Part shown: positions 62,507 through 64,000 of the stretch, one piece after another
Layout: each line of letters starts with the position of its first letter
Position numbering within the stretch: position 1 is the first letter of the stretch
Assembly: GCA_904063045.1 (NCBI GenBank)
Contig: CAJFCJ010000006.1
Span: 4,232,408 to 4,296,407 of the forward strand
Reading direction: 5' to 3'
Length of the DNA: 64,000 nt
Source: Dimorphilus gyrociliatus
Taxonomy: Eukaryota > Animalia > Annelida
Made by a program: the position numbers and the translations under genes
Notes under the pieces: generated by a model
The model's database searches: none
Told to the model about the DNA's origin: nothing
Seen by the model: only the letters and a program-made list of their open reading frames with translations

Positions 62507-64000
62507 ATGAGCGATAATCCAATACCTCCAAACTTTTTTCTTGCTGAAGTTCAAGCAGCTTGTAATGCTCTAGGTAAGATAATATATACTTTCCTGTTGT
62601 CAATAGCATATTTACAATCTATTTAATTCGTAATAAAATAATTGCTTTTTATAAAATAATATAGGTTGTGCAGAAGAGGATGGGTATCACAAAGAACCTG
62701 ATTGCTTGGAAACAGTAAAAGATCTCATTAGATTCTTGAAGCGTGAAAATGAGTATTGCGATGTTCGACGTTTTTTGGGAGAATGTCAAATTGTGCAAAC
62801 AGATTTAATACCTATCATAAAATATAACAAAGGAGATAAAGAATTATTGGAAACTACTATAAGGCTTCTAGTAAATCTAACTCAACCAGCCGTAAGCTGT
62901 TTTGATAATGAAGTAAGTAATTTCAAGTAGGAATGTAATTGATATTTACTGAAATAACTTTTTTTTCAGGTTCCAACACACAAAACGGTTTTAAAGTACT
63001 ATATAGAGGTACAATCTCACTTAAATCGATATAAAGAATCGTTTTGTGATGAGGCAGTAATGGCAATTTTGTCGGAGACACTTCAAGATATAATAAGCCT
63101 GGATTGGGAAAGTCAAAGAGAGAACGATCGTCTCTTGCTCGAGCGCATATTACTCCTGTTAAGAAACGTCTTACACATAGTTATAGATCATAAAACAGAT
63201 ATTCGCACGGATGACGACGCCAATATTCATGATCAACTTTTATGGGTTATGCACAAGAGTGGTATGGAAGATCTTCTATTGTATTTAGCTTCGGCAAATG
63301 AAGAAAGTTTCTGTATGCACGTTCTTGAAATCGTCTCACTTATGTTCAGGGAACAGAATGCCAAAGAATTAGCCACAGTTGGCGGAGATAAAAGTAAAAT
63401 TCATAAACGAAAAGAAGAGGAGGAATTGGCCAGACTTAGAATAACCGAAGAGGCTAAGAGAAAAGAGATGTTAGCGAAATTAGGATCGAGGCATAGTCGA
63501 TTTGCAGGAACAGTAATAATAAAAAATTTTAAATCTATCAGTGACAAAGATATGATACTTCATAAAAATATTAAGCATACAAAGGATATAAACTTTGATG
63601 CGCATAAAACTGCGAGAAGAGCACCTAAGAATAGAGCACCTATTAAAGATAGAGAAGTATCTAGGAGATCAACTTTAAGCATTCGATTATTTTTGAAGGA
63701 TTTCTGTTCGCAATTCTTAGAAAATGCTTACAATACACTTATGAGAAATGCCAATCATGCTCTCATGCGTTCAAAAGCTCAGGAGAACGATGATACATAC
63801 TTTCTTTGGGCAATGAGATTTTTTATGGAATTTTCAAGATGCGCGAATATGAAATTAGATTTCGTAAGCGAAACTATGAATATGTCAACATTTCACTACG
63901 TAGAAACTCATTTAATAAACTATCACGAAACAATAACCATTGATAAGAAAAACGCCATTCTATGGTCAAGAAGACTTCATTTGGCATTAAAAGCCTATCA
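62507..64000 (+). CDS. TIMELESS: Timeless (mammalian-type TIM/timeout), 5' part, runs off the window
   Basis: Exons 62507-62573, 62665-62912, 62970->64000: ACNALG...YHKEPDCLETVKDLIRFL...RLLVNLTQPA...LLERILLLLRNVLH...DDDANIHDQLLW...HVLEIVSLMFREQ...SRHSRFAG. Confidence 0.95.

Overview
AT-rich, very gene-dense eukaryotic DNA (about 22 protein-coding genes in 64 kb) with mostly short (about 50-70 nt) GT-AG introns and the standard genetic code. The gene content (TIMELESS, TEKT1, SPMIP1, PEX5, NUB1, lachesin-like, peripherin-like tetraspanin, peptide GPCR) says invertebrate animal. The compact architecture would fit a miniaturised genome such as the annelid Dimorphilus gyrociliatus, but that is inference and I cannot confirm the species. 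The ORF track fragments most genes; gene models were rebuilt by hand from splice sites, so outer coordinates are approximate unless exon coordinates are given. No rRNA, tRNA, CRISPR array or coding transposon was seen. The standout is a complete 9-exon, 419-aa isocyanide (isonitrile) synthase gene of the PvcA/IsnA/Dit1 family (60210-61954, minus), an enzyme family characterised in bacteria and fungi. It sits between TEKT1 and TIMELESS and carries an extra N-terminal region with a GAF-like pattern. Other notable items: two inverted carboxypeptidase A paralogs share a 622-bp block whose introns are identical while the exons differ; an MDH1-like gene has an NADP-type GS substitution; a uracil-DNA glycosylase has a ~620-aa repetitive N-terminus; a peripherin-like tetraspanin has a very long charged tail; and a ZDHHC gene has candidate micro-exons.
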